Under the pieces are notes generated by a model that saw only the letters and a list, made by a program, of their open reading frames with translations, made no database searches and was not told the origin of the DNA. A DNA stretch of 59,912 nucleotides from Prevotella sp. (GTDB lineage: Bacteria; Bacteroidota; Bacteroidia; Bacteroidales; Dysgonomonadaceae). Below are positions 39,301 to 50,322 of the stretch, piece by piece; within the stretch, counting starts at the first letter, position 1; the number at the start of each line of letters is the position of its first letter. The DNA lies in contig JAITVV010000060.1 in assembly GCA_031285625.1 (NCBI GenBank), positions 1 through 59,912 of the forward strand, read 5' to 3'. The translations under genes were made by a program, and so were the position numbers.

Positions 39301-40953
39301 ATGGATAACGTAATCATTTCTTACCTGATAAAGGTATCCGTCTCTTTGGCTCTATTCTATGGCTTATATATGTTATGCCTGAGAACAGATACATTCTTCC
39401 GCTTGAGAAGGGGATACTTCCTTTTTGCCATATTTTTCTCTTTAATATTTCCGGTTTTTATATTAGAAATTCCGGTTAAAGAGGAAATACCTGCACAGAT
39501 GCCTGCATATTGGCTTTCACAGATAGACGCTGTCGCAGAGGCCGGACAGCAAGTACCTACTATCAATATATGGTCTATTATGCTTATTATCTTGGGAATA
39601 ATCTCACTATTGTATGCAGTTAGGTTTATTATACAATTATACAGCGTGGTAAGGCTACGGATAAACAATGAATCCGAGATCCATCCTACTTGTAGAATAA
39701 TTAAGATGAAGGATAAAAACGCATCTCCTTTCTCATTCTTCAAATGGATTTTTATAGATCCGGATACCCGTACAGAAAGAGATATGGCTGAAATTATAGC
39801 CCATGAGCAAGTGCATGTAAATCAGTATCATTCCATAGATGTATTGTTATCCGAAATTTTATGTGTGTGTTTTTGGTGGAATCCATTTGTATGGCTGTTG
39901 AAAAAGGAAATAAAAATTAATCTTGAATATCTGGCTGATGAAGGCGTCTTAAAAGCTGGATTTAATTTGAAAGAATATCAATATATATTGTTACAAACAA
40001 CAAATAAGAATACCGGTATACCATTAATCAATAATTTCAATGTATCACAATTAAAAAAACGGATTATCATGATGAATAAAAATAAGACATCCATAGGTAA
40101 GGCTGCTAAATACTTGCTGGCTATTCCGGTTGTATTTGCTTTACTGCTGGGAAATGCAGTACAAGCCTCACCCGATATAATGAGCATACCTTTTATAGAC
40201 GGAGAACAAGTTCCGCAAAAGAAAGGAGATGTATATGTTACTGTTGAAGATATGCCTATGTTTCCCGGAGGATATGACGCTCAAGCCAGTTTTATTTCAA
40301 CAAATTTGAAATATCCTGTTTCAGCTTTCGAGAAAGGTATAGAAGGCCGGGTAACAGTACGTTACATAGTCAGAAGCACTGGGGAAATCACAAATATTGA
40401 AGTGATAAGGGGTATTGATCCGTCATTGGATAAGGAAGCTATCCGTATGGTAGAGGCTATGCCAAAATGGAATCCGGGAAAGCTAGGAGGAAAAGCTGTT
40501 GATGTATACTACACTCTACCTGTTGTATTCAAGCTTACAAAGAATAAGAGGGTAGCTGACGAACCGAAAAAAGGTGGACCAAGAGCAGATTTTGATATTC
40601 CTCAGGATGGGAAGCCTTATAATACCGTAGATAAGATGCCCGGCTATCCGGGAGGAGAGTCTGCCATGCAGAAATATATAAGTGATAATTTGAAATATCC
40701 GGAAAGTGCGCAGAAAGCAGGAATACAGGGACGAGCAACTATTCGTTTTGTTGTAGAAAAAACCGGTAAAATTACAGATGTCACTGTTATCCGGGGAATC
40801 GATCCTGCCTGCGATGCAGAAGCAGTACGTGTTGTAAAGGCAATGCCGGACTGGACGCCAGGTGAGATGAAGGGTAAAGCTGTATCAGTGTACTATACAT
40901 TACCAATTGTGTTTAGATTAACTAAAAAAGCTGCAGGGAATGCAGCGAAATAA
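39301..40953 (+). CDS. M56 (BlaR1-type) metallopeptidase fused to two TonB C-terminal domains
   Basis: HEQVH, WWNPFVW, EYLAD and LKKRIIMM motifs; two PxFPGG...YP..A...GI.GR...W.PG repeats. Confidence 0.92.
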   Translation: MDNVIISYLIKVSVSLALFYGLYMLCLRTDTFFRLRRGYFLFAIFFSLIFPVFILEIPVKEEIPAQMPAYWLSQIDAVAEAGQQVPTINIWSIMLIILGIISLLYAVRFIIQLYSVVRLRINNESEIHPTCRIIKMKDKNASPFSFFKWIFIDPDTRTERDMAEIIAHEQVHVNQYHSIDVLLSEILCVCFWWNPFVWLLKKEIKINLEYLADEGVLKAGFNLKEYQYILLQTTNKNTGIPLINNFNVSQLKKRIIMMNKNKTSIGKAAKYLLAIPVVFALLLGNAVQASPDIMSIPFIDGEQVPQKKGDVYVTVEDMPMFPGGYDAQASFISTNLKYPVSAFEKGIEGRVTVRYIVRSTGEITNIEVIRGIDPSLDKEAIRMVEAMPKWNPGKLGGKAVDVYYTLPVVFKLTKNKRVADEPKKGGPRADFDIPQDGKPYNTVDKMPGYPGGESAMQKYISDNLKYPESAQKAGIQGRATIRFVVEKTGKITDVTVIRGIDPACDAEAVRVVKAMPDWTPGEMKGKAVSVYYTLPIVFRLTKKAAGNAAK

Positions 40954-41047
40954 AAAGTTTTTTTCTCAGGAAGTGAGACAGGTAAATATCTGTCTCTTTC
41001 TTTTTAAACAATAATAAATATGCCTGAGACCTTAATTTTGTTTGGCT

Positions 41048-42343
41048 ATGAAAATATATATAACAACCATACTTCTGATCTTTTATTCAATTGCTTACTC
41101 ACAGAACAAAGAAAACCCTCTGGATAATTATATACTTAATTTCCAGTATCAGAAAGCTTTGGAATACATTTCCACACAAGAGCCAACCAAGGAATTGCTA
41201 CTTCAGCAGGCAATGTGCTACAAAGCATTGGGTAGTTATCAAAAAGCTGTTGAAATCTTGGAGATGTTATCAACAGAATACACTGAAAATATCCGCGTAA
41301 AATCTGAATTGGCAAACTGCTACACCGTACTGGGTCGCAGGCAAGCAGGAATAGATTGCTATAATGATCTGATCCTTATCGATTCTACAAATTTATATTA
41401 TCAGATACAAAAGGCCGAGCTTTTATACCAAGGGGGAAAATATGATATGGCATTAGATCTGTTTTATACAGTATACAACCATAACCAGTCGCCTAATACT
41501 TTAACACAAATAGCACAATGCTATGAGAAAATGAACCAGATAGACAGCGCTATGGTGTATTATAAAAGTGCCTGGGAAGTAAATCCACATGATGGTTTTT
41601 CTGCAGCCAGCCTGGTAAACCTATGTCTTAAGGATAAGCGTATACCAGAGGCATTAGCCTATTCTACCCGATATATGGAAAGTGATACAACAAATCAGCA
41701 AATGAATTTACTAAATGCTCTTACATATTATGTAATGGACAATTATGAAGAAGCAGTGACAAGATTCAGAAAATGCTACGAAGCCGGAGACTCATCACTT
41801 GTAGTAAATCGCAGTCTAGGTATTTCATACTATTCATTGAAAGATAATTATGAGGCGGAAATATATCTGGATAAAGCTTTCAGGCAGGATACAACGAACA
41901 ACAATGTCCTCTATTGTCTCGCGGTGGCTTCTAATGAATTAGCCGACCATAAAAAAGCAATTCCCTTATTCGAAAAGTTATTAAGCAGGACTGTTCCCAC
42001 AGATTTGACATTGTATCTCTATTATAAAGGATTGGCTTCAGCTTATGACAAAGGTTCGCATTTTGACAATGCGGTAGATTCTTACCTGAAAGCATTGGAA
42101 TATGCCGGTACAAATCAAAAGATGACTGTTTATTATACAATAGGACAGTTGTATGAGAATCAGATGCAGGATACGGATAATGCTTTAGTGTATTACAGAT
42201 ATTACAGGGGTGCACTTAATGAATATCTGGAAAAGCAGATAAAGAAAGACAAACCTGACGAGGAACATATTCTTGATACTAAAAAACGGCTAGGGCATCT
42301 GGATGAACATATAAAAAGCTTACAGAAGAAAACAAAAACATAA
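41048..42343 (+). CDS. Secreted tetratricopeptide repeat protein
   Basis: Signal peptide; repeated TPR-like helical motifs. Confidence 0.85.
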   Translation: MKIYITTILLIFYSIAYSQNKENPLDNYILNFQYQKALEYISTQEPTKELLLQQAMCYKALGSYQKAVEILEMLSTEYTENIRVKSELANCYTVLGRRQAGIDCYNDLILIDSTNLYYQIQKAELLYQGGKYDMALDLFYTVYNHNQSPNTLTQIAQCYEKMNQIDSAMVYYKSAWEVNPHDGFSAASLVNLCLKDKRIPEALAYSTRYMESDTTNQQMNLLNALTYYVMDNYEEAVTRFRKCYEAGDSSLVVNRSLGISYYSLKDNYEAEIYLDKAFRQDTTNNNVLYCLAVASNELADHKKAIPLFEKLLSRTVPTDLTLYLYYKGLASAYDKGSHFDNAVDSYLKALEYAGTNQKMTVYYTIGQLYENQMQDTDNALVYYRYYRGALNEYLEKQIKKDKPDEEHILDTKKRLGHLDEHIKSLQKKTKT

Positions 42344-42412
42344 CCAGTTTTCTTTTACCTGTGAAACATACCATTAGAGAATTAATGTATGACGAACTAA
42401 AATCTAATAAAG

Positions 42413-43315
42413 ATGAGAAATTTCAAAAACACAATCATTCTTTCGTTGATTGTATTGGTTACAGCATGTAGTGGTCACACATCGAAAGAGCAGCAAAATT
42501 CTGCTTCTGAAAGACAAAATGAAGAGCAAAACTCAACAGGCAATACCGAAACACTGTCAGACTCTCTCATAACAAATATTTCACAACAAGAACCCGTAAA
42601 AGATGTTCATATTTTTAGAGAAGGAGGAACTCTACCGGAGTATTCATCAGGCAATGTATGGCAATATATAAATGATAATGTGCATTTTCCGACAGGGATA
42701 GCATTAAACAGAAGTAACAATAGTGTTATTGTGCATTTTATAGTAGAAAAGGATGGTTCTTTGAATAGTTTCAGTCTTTATGCCGGAAGTTATCCGGTTT
42801 TAGATGCTGAAGTATTGCGTGTAGCAAAAACAATGACAAAATGGCGTCCCGGAAAACGCGCTAACGGAGAAATAGTACGCACTACTTATTTGCTTGGAGG
42901 TGTTTATCAATTGGAGAATGGTAAATTTAAATTGTATCCTTTACCATCACGGCAACCGGAACAGTATCAGGGTGAAGTTTTAGCTTTTGCTGAAAAGATT
43001 CCTCAATTCCCTGGAGGAATACGCGCTATGCGAAAATTCATATCTGATAATATGCACTATCCTGCTGAGGCTATAGAATACAAAGAGGAAGGGAATGTAG
43101 TGGTGCAATTTATCATATCGCCAACAGGAGAAATTTCTGATATATTCGGTGTCGTCCGTTGCCGCTTTAATGAAGAATGTACTTCTACGTCTTTAGTTTT
43201 AGCAAAAGAAGCAGAACGAATTGTAGGATTGATGCCCAATTGGATTCCAGGCGAGAACAAAGGAGAAAAAGTTGCTGTGAGATACGCTTTGCCGATTAGC
43301 TTTAAATTACCTTAG
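42413..43315 (+). CDS. Lipoprotein with two TonB C-terminal domains
   Basis: Lipobox VTAC; V.VHFIVEKDG..W.PG and PQFPGG..YP.EA..EG.V.VQF..W.PG. Confidence 0.82.
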   Translation: MRNFKNTIILSLIVLVTACSGHTSKEQQNSASERQNEEQNSTGNTETLSDSLITNISQQEPVKDVHIFREGGTLPEYSSGNVWQYINDNVHFPTGIALNRSNNSVIVHFIVEKDGSLNSFSLYAGSYPVLDAEVLRVAKTMTKWRPGKRANGEIVRTTYLLGGVYQLENGKFKLYPLPSRQPEQYQGEVLAFAEKIPQFPGGIRAMRKFISDNMHYPAEAIEYKEEGNVVVQFIISPTGEISDIFGVVRCRFNEECTSTSLVLAKEAERIVGLMPNWIPGENKGEKVAVRYALPISFKLP

Positions 43316-43380
43316 TTTTTTAGCATATTCGTGATATTGAGAAACAACTGTAATATCTGGGTGAATATACAAAAACACAC

Positions 43381-45477
43381 CTAACTGATTAATCCCCAGT
43401 TGTATTTATTGCCGCCTAGTTTTCGCAGTTGCCTTCTTAGAAGGAGACTGTCAGGTCTTTCCAACTGTGGATCTTCATCCAGTACTTTTTGGGCTATTTC
43501 CCTGGCAAACTGCAAAATCTCGCTATCACGCACGATGTTGGCAATCCTCAAATTGAACGGAATGCCACTTTGTTGTGTTCCTTCCAGATCTCCCGGTCCT
43601 CTTAGTTTCAGATCAGCTTCTGCAATTTCAAATCCATCGTTGCTTTCCACCATGATATCAATACGTTTTTTTGTATCAGCAGAAAGCTCATAAGGTGTAA
43701 CCAGAATACAGTAAGACTGATCGGCACCGCGACCTACACGTCCCCTCAACTGGTGCAGTTGGGATAATCCGAATCGTTGAGCAGATTCGATTACCATTAC
43801 AGAAGCATTTGGTACATTCACGCCCACTTCAATCACGGTTGTTGCTACCATTATTTGTGCCTCATTGGCTATAAAACGTTGCATCTCTGCATCTTTTTCT
43901 TTTGGCTTCATTTTCCCGTGAACCTTACATACCGTATATTCCGGAAAGACTTCCTGTATATGCTTAAAACCATCTTCCAGATTCTTTAAATCCAGCTTTT
44001 CACTTTCTTCTATCAGTGGGTAAACAATATATACCTGTCTGCCTTCTTGTAGCTGTTTTCTGATAGATTCATACAAAGCACCTCTTTTCTTATCATACTG
44101 ATGAATTGTCTGAATCGGTTTACGTCCGGGAGGCAATTCATCTATTACCGATACATCGAGGTCACCATATACAGTCATGGCTAATGTCCGGGGTATGGGG
44201 GTAGCCGTCATCACCAGTATATGCGGAGGATTTATATTTTTAGACCAGAGCTTTGCCCTTTGTGCGACTCCAAAGCGGTGTTGTTCGTCTATTATGACCA
44301 GTCCCAGATTAGAGAATTGGACTGTATCTTCAATCAGTGCATGTGTTCCGATTAATATTTGCAGATCTCCTGTTAAGAGCGCTTTGTGAATCCTCTCGCG
44401 ATCTGCTTTTTTTGTCGATCCGGTTAGTAGTTCAACATTCACATTCATTCCTTTCAAAGATTCGGTCACTGTATGATAATGTTGAGTAGCTAATATTTCT
44501 GTAGGAGCCATCATTGCTGCCTGAAAACCATTATCGAGGGCTATCAGCATCAGCATTAGTGCAACCAGTGTTTTGCCGCTACCCACATCACCTTGTAGCA
44601 AACGGTTCATTTGTTCTCCAGTAGCCATGTCCTGCCGGATTTCTTTTATTATCCGTTTCTGGGCATTCGTCAAAGGGAAAGGCAAGTTTTCTTCATAAAA
44701 CCGATTCAGATTATCCCCTACCCGTGTAAAAACAAACCCTTTCAGTTTTGATTTTCGTTCGGCAGTATATCTGAGTATATTGAGTTGTATATAGAATAAC
44801 TCTTCAAACTTCAGGCGAAACTGGGCATCCCGTAACAGCGCAGTATTTTCAGGAAAATGTACATTACGCATTGCATCCTTTAAGCCCATCAGGTGTGCAT
44901 CCCTTATCACGTTGTCCGGCAAGGTTTCCGGCATATTTTTCACTACCGAACTAAATGCTGAGGCCATTATCTTCTGAATCGCTTTAGAATTCAGATAATG
45001 GTTTTTCATCTTTTCTGTAGTGTTGTAATAAGGCATCAAACCCGTTTGGCGCTCTTCTTCATTTATGTATGGATCGATATCAGGGTGTGCAATATTGAAT
45101 TTATCACCGAATAGAGCAGGTTTCCCAAAAATGATATAAGGAAAGCCCACTTTGTATTTATCTGTAATGAATTTACCTCCCTGGAACCATACCAAATCAA
45201 TAAACCCTGTTCCATCAGTAAAATGTGCGACCAGACGTTTCTTCCGGCCTTCACCAAATGTTTCAAAGGCAGTAATACGACCTTTGAGCTGTATATAAGG
45301 CATATTGCCATCTACTTCGTGAATGAAATAGATCCGGCTCCTGTCTATATATTTATATGGAAAATAGTAAAGCAGGTCTTCAACCGAAAACACATTAATT
45401 TCTTTATTTAATATTTCGGCTTTTTTAGGCCCTACTCCTGCTAAATATTTTATATCTGTCTGCGAAAAATCACTCAT
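43381..45477 (-). CDS. recG: ATP-dependent DNA helicase RecG
   Basis: QGDVGSGKT, DEQHRFG, TATPIPRT and HQLRGRVGRG motifs. Confidence 0.97.
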   Translation of the reverse strand: MSDFSQTDIKYLAGVGPKKAEILNKEINVFSVEDLLYYFPYKYIDRSRIYFIHEVDGNMPYIQLKGRITAFETFGEGRKKRLVAHFTDGTGFIDLVWFQGGKFITDKYKVGFPYIIFGKPALFGDKFNIAHPDIDPYINEEERQTGLMPYYNTTEKMKNHYLNSKAIQKIMASAFSSVVKNMPETLPDNVIRDAHLMGLKDAMRNVHFPENTALLRDAQFRLKFEELFYIQLNILRYTAERKSKLKGFVFTRVGDNLNRFYEENLPFPLTNAQKRIIKEIRQDMATGEQMNRLLQGDVGSGKTLVALMLMLIALDNGFQAAMMAPTEILATQHYHTVTESLKGMNVNVELLTGSTKKADRERIHKALLTGDLQILIGTHALIEDTVQFSNLGLVIIDEQHRFGVAQRAKLWSKNINPPHILVMTATPIPRTLAMTVYGDLDVSVIDELPPGRKPIQTIHQYDKKRGALYESIRKQLQEGRQVYIVYPLIEESEKLDLKNLEDGFKHIQEVFPEYTVCKVHGKMKPKEKDAEMQRFIANEAQIMVATTVIEVGVNVPNASVMVIESAQRFGLSQLHQLRGRVGRGADQSYCILVTPYELSADTKKRIDIMVESNDGFEIAEADLKLRGPGDLEGTQQSGIPFNLRIANIVRDSEILQFAREIAQKVLDEDPQLERPDSLLLRRQLRKLGGNKYNWGLIS

Positions 45478-45540
45478 TTTATTACAATAGTCATTTATCT
45501 TATATAATTCTTTAGAATATTGCGTTTCTCTAACTGTTGG

Positions 45541-45618
45541 TTGTCATCCTGAGGCACGAAGGATATTTCTTCTCTCCTTGACAAATGGGCCGAGATGCTT
45601 CCTTAGTCAGCATGACAA
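45541..45618. repeat. Palindromic interspersed element, copy 2
   Basis: TTGTCATCCTGAGGCACGAAGGAT...AGATGCTTCCTTAGTCAGCATGACAA. Confidence 0.75.
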
Positions 45619-45629
45619 AATACAATAAT

Positions 45630-47198
45630 TCAATTGGTATCTATCACTTTTATCTTTATTTCGTTAATAGGGATAATTTCCATACCATAATATTCACCAC
45701 TGTATATGTTATTTTTATCCATTGCTATATTTTGGTTGATTATCTTTAAGGTAGTAAAATCGACATTACGCTCTATCGAATTTTTAAATACCATATACTT
45801 GCCTTTTTTAGCATCCTCTATTATTTTAGTTTCGTCAAATGACTCGCTATGTAACAATACTTTGCCATCTGTAAAAAAATAGGTATCGATGCCTCCTTTT
45901 TTAATCTGATACAGTTTGTCTGTATCAATGTCTTCTACAATGGGAATACAATCATAAGAATAGATACGTTTTTTATAAATATAAACCTTATTGGTAAGAT
46001 AGCGAAATTTATCAACTTCTAATGGTTCATACTGGCGAATATCATAGTTGTATATCATTACATTGTCAAGTTTTTTGCCTGCCATATAAAAACCATCGGG
46101 GGTATGTATCAGCTTATGCGCAAATCCACTGAGCGAAGGCTTCTCATCCGTTGGAAAATAGTGAATTCTACCCTCGCCGACTATCTGGGCCATTGCATGA
46201 CCCGGATTATACACTCCTTCAGCCAGTATTTTCCATTCTGTAAGATTGGTTTTCAGCCCGTATCTTCTTTCAATATTGGCTTCATCAACTTCCCTGAAGT
46301 AATTATCATAAGTCTTATTGTATACAGTGTCGCCGTCCGTCACATAGGTTTCTTCAAAAGACAGAGGCAGCTCTACACATTTAGACCCTTTCAGATTAAG
46401 CCTCGCAGGCAAAAAATCCGACTTGGTTGTATATACTGCATCGCCATATATAAAATACCCATCCATTAACATCGGATGCACATTTCCACCTCGGCTGGGT
46501 TCAAGTAAGCCTGAAGGATTGACCGTCTTTGATACTCCACCGGATGATTGAGTAATTTCCCATCCAAACCAATACAGACCGTTTTTATCCATGTAATAGT
46601 TACTTGCAATATGCTTGAGCGATTCTATATCTAAACCTTCGATATGAGGAACTTCTATTAGCCCGTAATTTGTATAGGGATAAAAATAGAGCTTACCAGT
46701 CTTGTCTCTGAATATACCTTCCTTAAGATATTCCAAATGAGATATGTCTATCACAGTCGGATCGTTATCATCAGCATATACGATAAGGTACATATTCTCT
46801 ATGTCTTTGCCAATTATATATCCTTTTCCATTTATATTGTAACGGAGTACTTGAAAGTCGTTGCTATAGAATTTCGGATTACAGAATTCCTTAAATGTCA
46901 TTTTGTGGCCAATCGCAACAAGAGCAGTACTGTTATACTTAATTCCCTTTATCTGTACAGTTCGTGTACCATCCCAATGGTATGTATTGCCATTATCGTC
47001 CACATCGGTTCCGCCAATCATCTCCTCACCATATATTGCCTTCTTTGCAGGGCAGATGCCCATACGACCCAATTTATATATTCTTTTGCCTTTCTTTTGT
47101 TTTTGAGCCATGCTACTTGTGCAGAAAAATATATTCGCAACGAAGAGAAGAAACATTATTTTAGAAACTCCTGATATAAATGATATAGAGTGCTTCAT
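45630..47198 (-). CDS. Secreted protein with DKNYY-like repeats
   Basis: Signal peptide; repeated FRDKTGKLY, YMDKNGLY, TDGDTVY and MDKNNIY motifs. Confidence 0.7.
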   Translation of the reverse strand: MKHSISFISGVSKIMFLLFVANIFFCTSSMAQKQKKGKRIYKLGRMGICPAKKAIYGEEMIGGTDVDDNGNTYHWDGTRTVQIKGIKYNSTALVAIGHKMTFKEFCNPKFYSNDFQVLRYNINGKGYIIGKDIENMYLIVYADDNDPTVIDISHLEYLKEGIFRDKTGKLYFYPYTNYGLIEVPHIEGLDIESLKHIASNYYMDKNGLYWFGWEITQSSGGVSKTVNPSGLLEPSRGGNVHPMLMDGYFIYGDAVYTTKSDFLPARLNLKGSKCVELPLSFEETYVTDGDTVYNKTYDNYFREVDEANIERRYGLKTNLTEWKILAEGVYNPGHAMAQIVGEGRIHYFPTDEKPSLSGFAHKLIHTPDGFYMAGKKLDNVMIYNYDIRQYEPLEVDKFRYLTNKVYIYKKRIYSYDCIPIVEDIDTDKLYQIKKGGIDTYFFTDGKVLLHSESFDETKIIEDAKKGKYMVFKNSIERNVDFTTLKIINQNIAMDKNNIYSGEYYGMEIIPINEIKIKVIDTN

Positions 47199-47305
47199 GT
47201 GCGATTTTGAAATAAATAATAACTTACGAAGATAATAATTAAAAGAATATTTAAATAGATAAATTATTATAACTAAGTTTCAATTTTTGATCACATAATT
47301 ATTAA

Positions 47306-47357
47306 ATGTTAATTAACATCTGGTTTTGCTATATTCATATAATGCTGTGTATATTTG
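47306..47357 (+). promoter_or_regulatory. Promoter of the ROK-nagB operon with an upstream 14-bp palindrome
   Basis: ATGTTAATTAACAT (47306-47319), TTTG (47325-47328), 21 nt spacer, TATATTTG (47350-47357). Confidence 0.6.
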
Positions 47358-47468
47358 TATTACCTTAAATTAAGGACAGAAAACATGTGTTTAAAGATAC
47401 TTCAGCAATGAACATTAATAGTGTAATTGCATTATATATAGTGAAATAACGGATATCATACTCTTATT

Positions 47469-48293
47469 ATGAGAATAGGTATAGACATAGGCGGTACAAA
47501 AATTCGAATGGGTATAGTCGATGGTGGCATGATTTTAAGAAAAACAGAAGCTTTAACTAATGCTCAGGCTTCTGAAGATCTTATACTTGATAATCTGTGT
47601 AACATGATTCGTCAAATAATGAATACTAATATCAGGGGTATTGGTATCGGTGTACCTTCAGTTGTTAATGCAGAGCAAGGAATTGTTTATAATACAGTAA
47701 ATATTCCGTCATGGAAGAAGGTATATCTGAAAGATATCCTTGAAAAAGAATTCAGAGTTCCCGTATTTGTTAATAATGAATCAAACTGTTTTGCCTTTGG
47801 AGAACGTTATTATGGTGAAGGTACTTCGTTCCGCAATATTGTATGCGTTACTTTAGGTACCGGGGTTGGAGCAGGTATTATTATCAATGATGAATTATAT
47901 AATGGCAATAACACCGGAGCCGGTGAAATAGGTAGTTTACCCTATCTGGATGCTGATTACGAATATTATTGTAGCCGGAAATTCTTTGACCGGAATAATG
48001 TTTCGGGACGCGATGCGTTAAATCTGGCCTTGATGGGCGATACGGATATGATATCCCTCTGGGAAGAACTGGGTGGGCATATTGGATATCTGATAAAAGC
48101 AATTTTATTTACCTACGATCCTCAGGCAATTATATTAGGTGGAGGTCTGTCTGCCGGCTACCAGCTATTTTCTGAAAAAATGTTTGAGGTAGTTAGTACA
48201 TTTCCATATCCTGAAACGTTAAAGAGAGTAAGGGTGTTATTATCTCAAAAAGAAGATATATACTTATTGGGCACTGCCGCCCTTGTTGTTTGA
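47469..48293 (+). CDS. ROK family sugar kinase
   Basis: IGIDIGGTK, TLGTGVGAG and AGEIG motifs; no N-terminal HTH. Confidence 0.9.
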   Translation: MRIGIDIGGTKIRMGIVDGGMILRKTEALTNAQASEDLILDNLCNMIRQIMNTNIRGIGIGVPSVVNAEQGIVYNTVNIPSWKKVYLKDILEKEFRVPVFVNNESNCFAFGERYYGEGTSFRNIVCVTLGTGVGAGIIINDELYNGNNTGAGEIGSLPYLDADYEYYCSRKFFDRNNVSGRDALNLALMGDTDMISLWEELGGHIGYLIKAILFTYDPQAIILGGGLSAGYQLFSEKMFEVVSTFPYPETLKRVRVLLSQKEDIYLLGTAALVV

Positions 48294-48339
48294 TCCATAT
48301 AACCAACAATATACATTAAATCGTAAATAAATTTTTAAT

Positions 48340-50322
48340 ATGAGATTAGATTTAAGTTCACAAATCGTACTGGATAGAGTGTCTCAGCGCTACTATCGTC
48401 CTGAAAACGAATTCGAGTTATCTGCTCTTATCCGCTTCGAAAAAGTGCCCACACAGATTTATGAATCATCGGTGGAAGCCTCTCTTAATATTGCAAAAGA
48501 TATTGCAAAAAAAATAAAGATAAAAGAAACTGAAGGTGCTAAATTTGTCCTGGCTCTTCCCGGAGGACATTCTCCTCAGACAATTTATCAGGAACTTATC
48601 CGTATTCATAAAGAAGAGGGACTGAGTTTCAAAAATGTGATTGTATTTAATATTTATGAGTTCTATCCTTTAGCTCCTCAATCTAATAGCAATCTGAAAC
48701 TATTGAAAGAATCTTTCTTAGATCATGTAGACATCGATTTGAAGAACGTATACTCGCCTGATGGTTCAGTACCTAAAGAAGAAATTCTAAACTATTGCAG
48801 GGCTTATGAACAAACAATACAGAGTGTAGGCGGCATAGACTACCTACTGTTAGGATTAGGACGCGCAGGTAATATCGGCATCAACATTGCAGGTTCGAGT
48901 ATGAGTTCTCAAACCCGTTTGGTACTACTTGACCAACAATCACGTAAAGAGGCTATCAATACGTTTGGCTCGCTGGAGCAAGTGCCTCCGAGTGCTGTTA
49001 CAATGGGTATTTCTACAATAATGAAAGCAAAAGAAATTGCATTGATTGCCTGGGGTGAAGATAAAGCAAAAGGGATAAGAGATGTTGTTGAAGGTACTAT
49101 TTCGGACGCAGTTCCCGCTTCATGCCTGCAAGCTCATCCAAATGCATTTGTACATATCGATCTGAATGCAGCTTTTGAATTGACCCGCATCAATCACCCT
49201 TGGCTGGTAACAAGTTGTGACTGGACCAGTAAATTGATCCGCAGGGCTATTGTTTGGTTATGTTTCAAAGTAAACAAACCGATTCTTAAATTAACAAATA
49301 AGGACTATCAGGATAACAGCCTTGAAGAATTATTAGCACTGTATGGTTCAGCATACAATGTGAATATCAAGATATTTAATGACCTGCAACATACTATAAC
49401 CGGTTGGCCGGGAGGAAAACCAAATGCCGATGATACCAATCGCCCTGAAAGAGCAAAACCTTATCCGAAAAAGGTGATTATTTTCAGCCCTCACCCTGAC
49501 GATGATGTGATCTCCATGGGTGGAACATTCAAACGCCTTGTAGATCAAAAACATGATGTGCATGTAGCATATCAGACTTCGGGTAATATTGCTGTAGGAG
49601 ATGAAGAAGTTATCCGTTACGTTTCTTTCCTCGAAGATATAAGAAGCAAATATGATGCAGGCAATGATGCCTTAAAAAAGAAATATGCAGAGATTCTCCA
49701 ATATCTGCTACATGATAAGAAAGAAGGTGATATTGATACAGCTGACGTGCTCTTCATGAAAGGCCGTATCCGCCGTCAGGAAGCTACAACAGCCTGCCGC
49801 TATGTAGGAATGGATACCAATAATGTGAAATTTCTGGATCTGCCATTCTACGAAACTGGACGTGTAAAGAAGAATCCTATTTCAGAAGCTGATGTGGAAA
49901 TTGTAAAAAATTATCTGGAAACAGTAAAACCACACGAAGTATTCGTTGCAGGAGACTTAGCCGATCCGCATGGCACCCACAAAGTTTGTCTGGATGCCAT
50001 ACTTGCAGCAGTGGACGAACTGAAAGGCGCAGAATGGCTTAAGGATTGCCGTTTCTGGATGTATCGTGGAGCATGGGCTGAGTGGGAAATTGACCATATT
50101 GAAATGGCTGTACCTATCTCCCCGGAAGAACTTCGGAAGAAAAGAAATGCAATATTGAAACATCAGTCGCAAATGGAAAGTGCGCCGTTCCTGGGTAATG
50201 ATGAACGTCTGTTCTGGCAACGCTCTGAAGACAGAAACCGTGCAACGGCTGAACTGTATAGACAATTGGGTATGGCCTCATATGAAGCTATTGAAGCATT
50301 TGTAGAATACCATCCTCTATAA
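48340..50322 (+). CDS. NagB-like domain fused to a PIG-L/LmbE deacetylase domain
   Basis: N-terminal deaminase fold; C-terminal SPHPDDD and DPHGTH motifs. Confidence 0.88.
   Translation: MRLDLSSQIVLDRVSQRYYRPENEFELSALIRFEKVPTQIYESSVEASLNIAKDIAKKIKIKETEGAKFVLALPGGHSPQTIYQELIRIHKEEGLSFKNVIVFNIYEFYPLAPQSNSNLKLLKESFLDHVDIDLKNVYSPDGSVPKEEILNYCRAYEQTIQSVGGIDYLLLGLGRAGNIGINIAGSSMSSQTRLVLLDQQSRKEAINTFGSLEQVPPSAVTMGISTIMKAKEIALIAWGEDKAKGIRDVVEGTISDAVPASCLQAHPNAFVHIDLNAAFELTRINHPWLVTSCDWTSKLIRRAIVWLCFKVNKPILKLTNKDYQDNSLEELLALYGSAYNVNIKIFNDLQHTITGWPGGKPNADDTNRPERAKPYPKKVIIFSPHPDDDVISMGGTFKRLVDQKHDVHVAYQTSGNIAVGDEEVIRYVSFLEDIRSKYDAGNDALKKKYAEILQYLLHDKKEGDIDTADVLFMKGRIRRQEATTACRYVGMDTNNVKFLDLPFYETGRVKKNPISEADVEIVKNYLETVKPHEVFVAGDLADPHGTHKVCLDAILAAVDELKGAEWLKDCRFWMYRGAWAEWEIDHIEMAVPISPEELRKKRNAILKHQSQMESAPFLGNDERLFWQRSEDRNRATAELYRQLGMASYEAIEAFVEYHPL

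Noticed and set aside
40230-40920. Internal sequence duplication in the M56 gene
   Set aside because: Explained by the two tandem TonB C-terminal domains.
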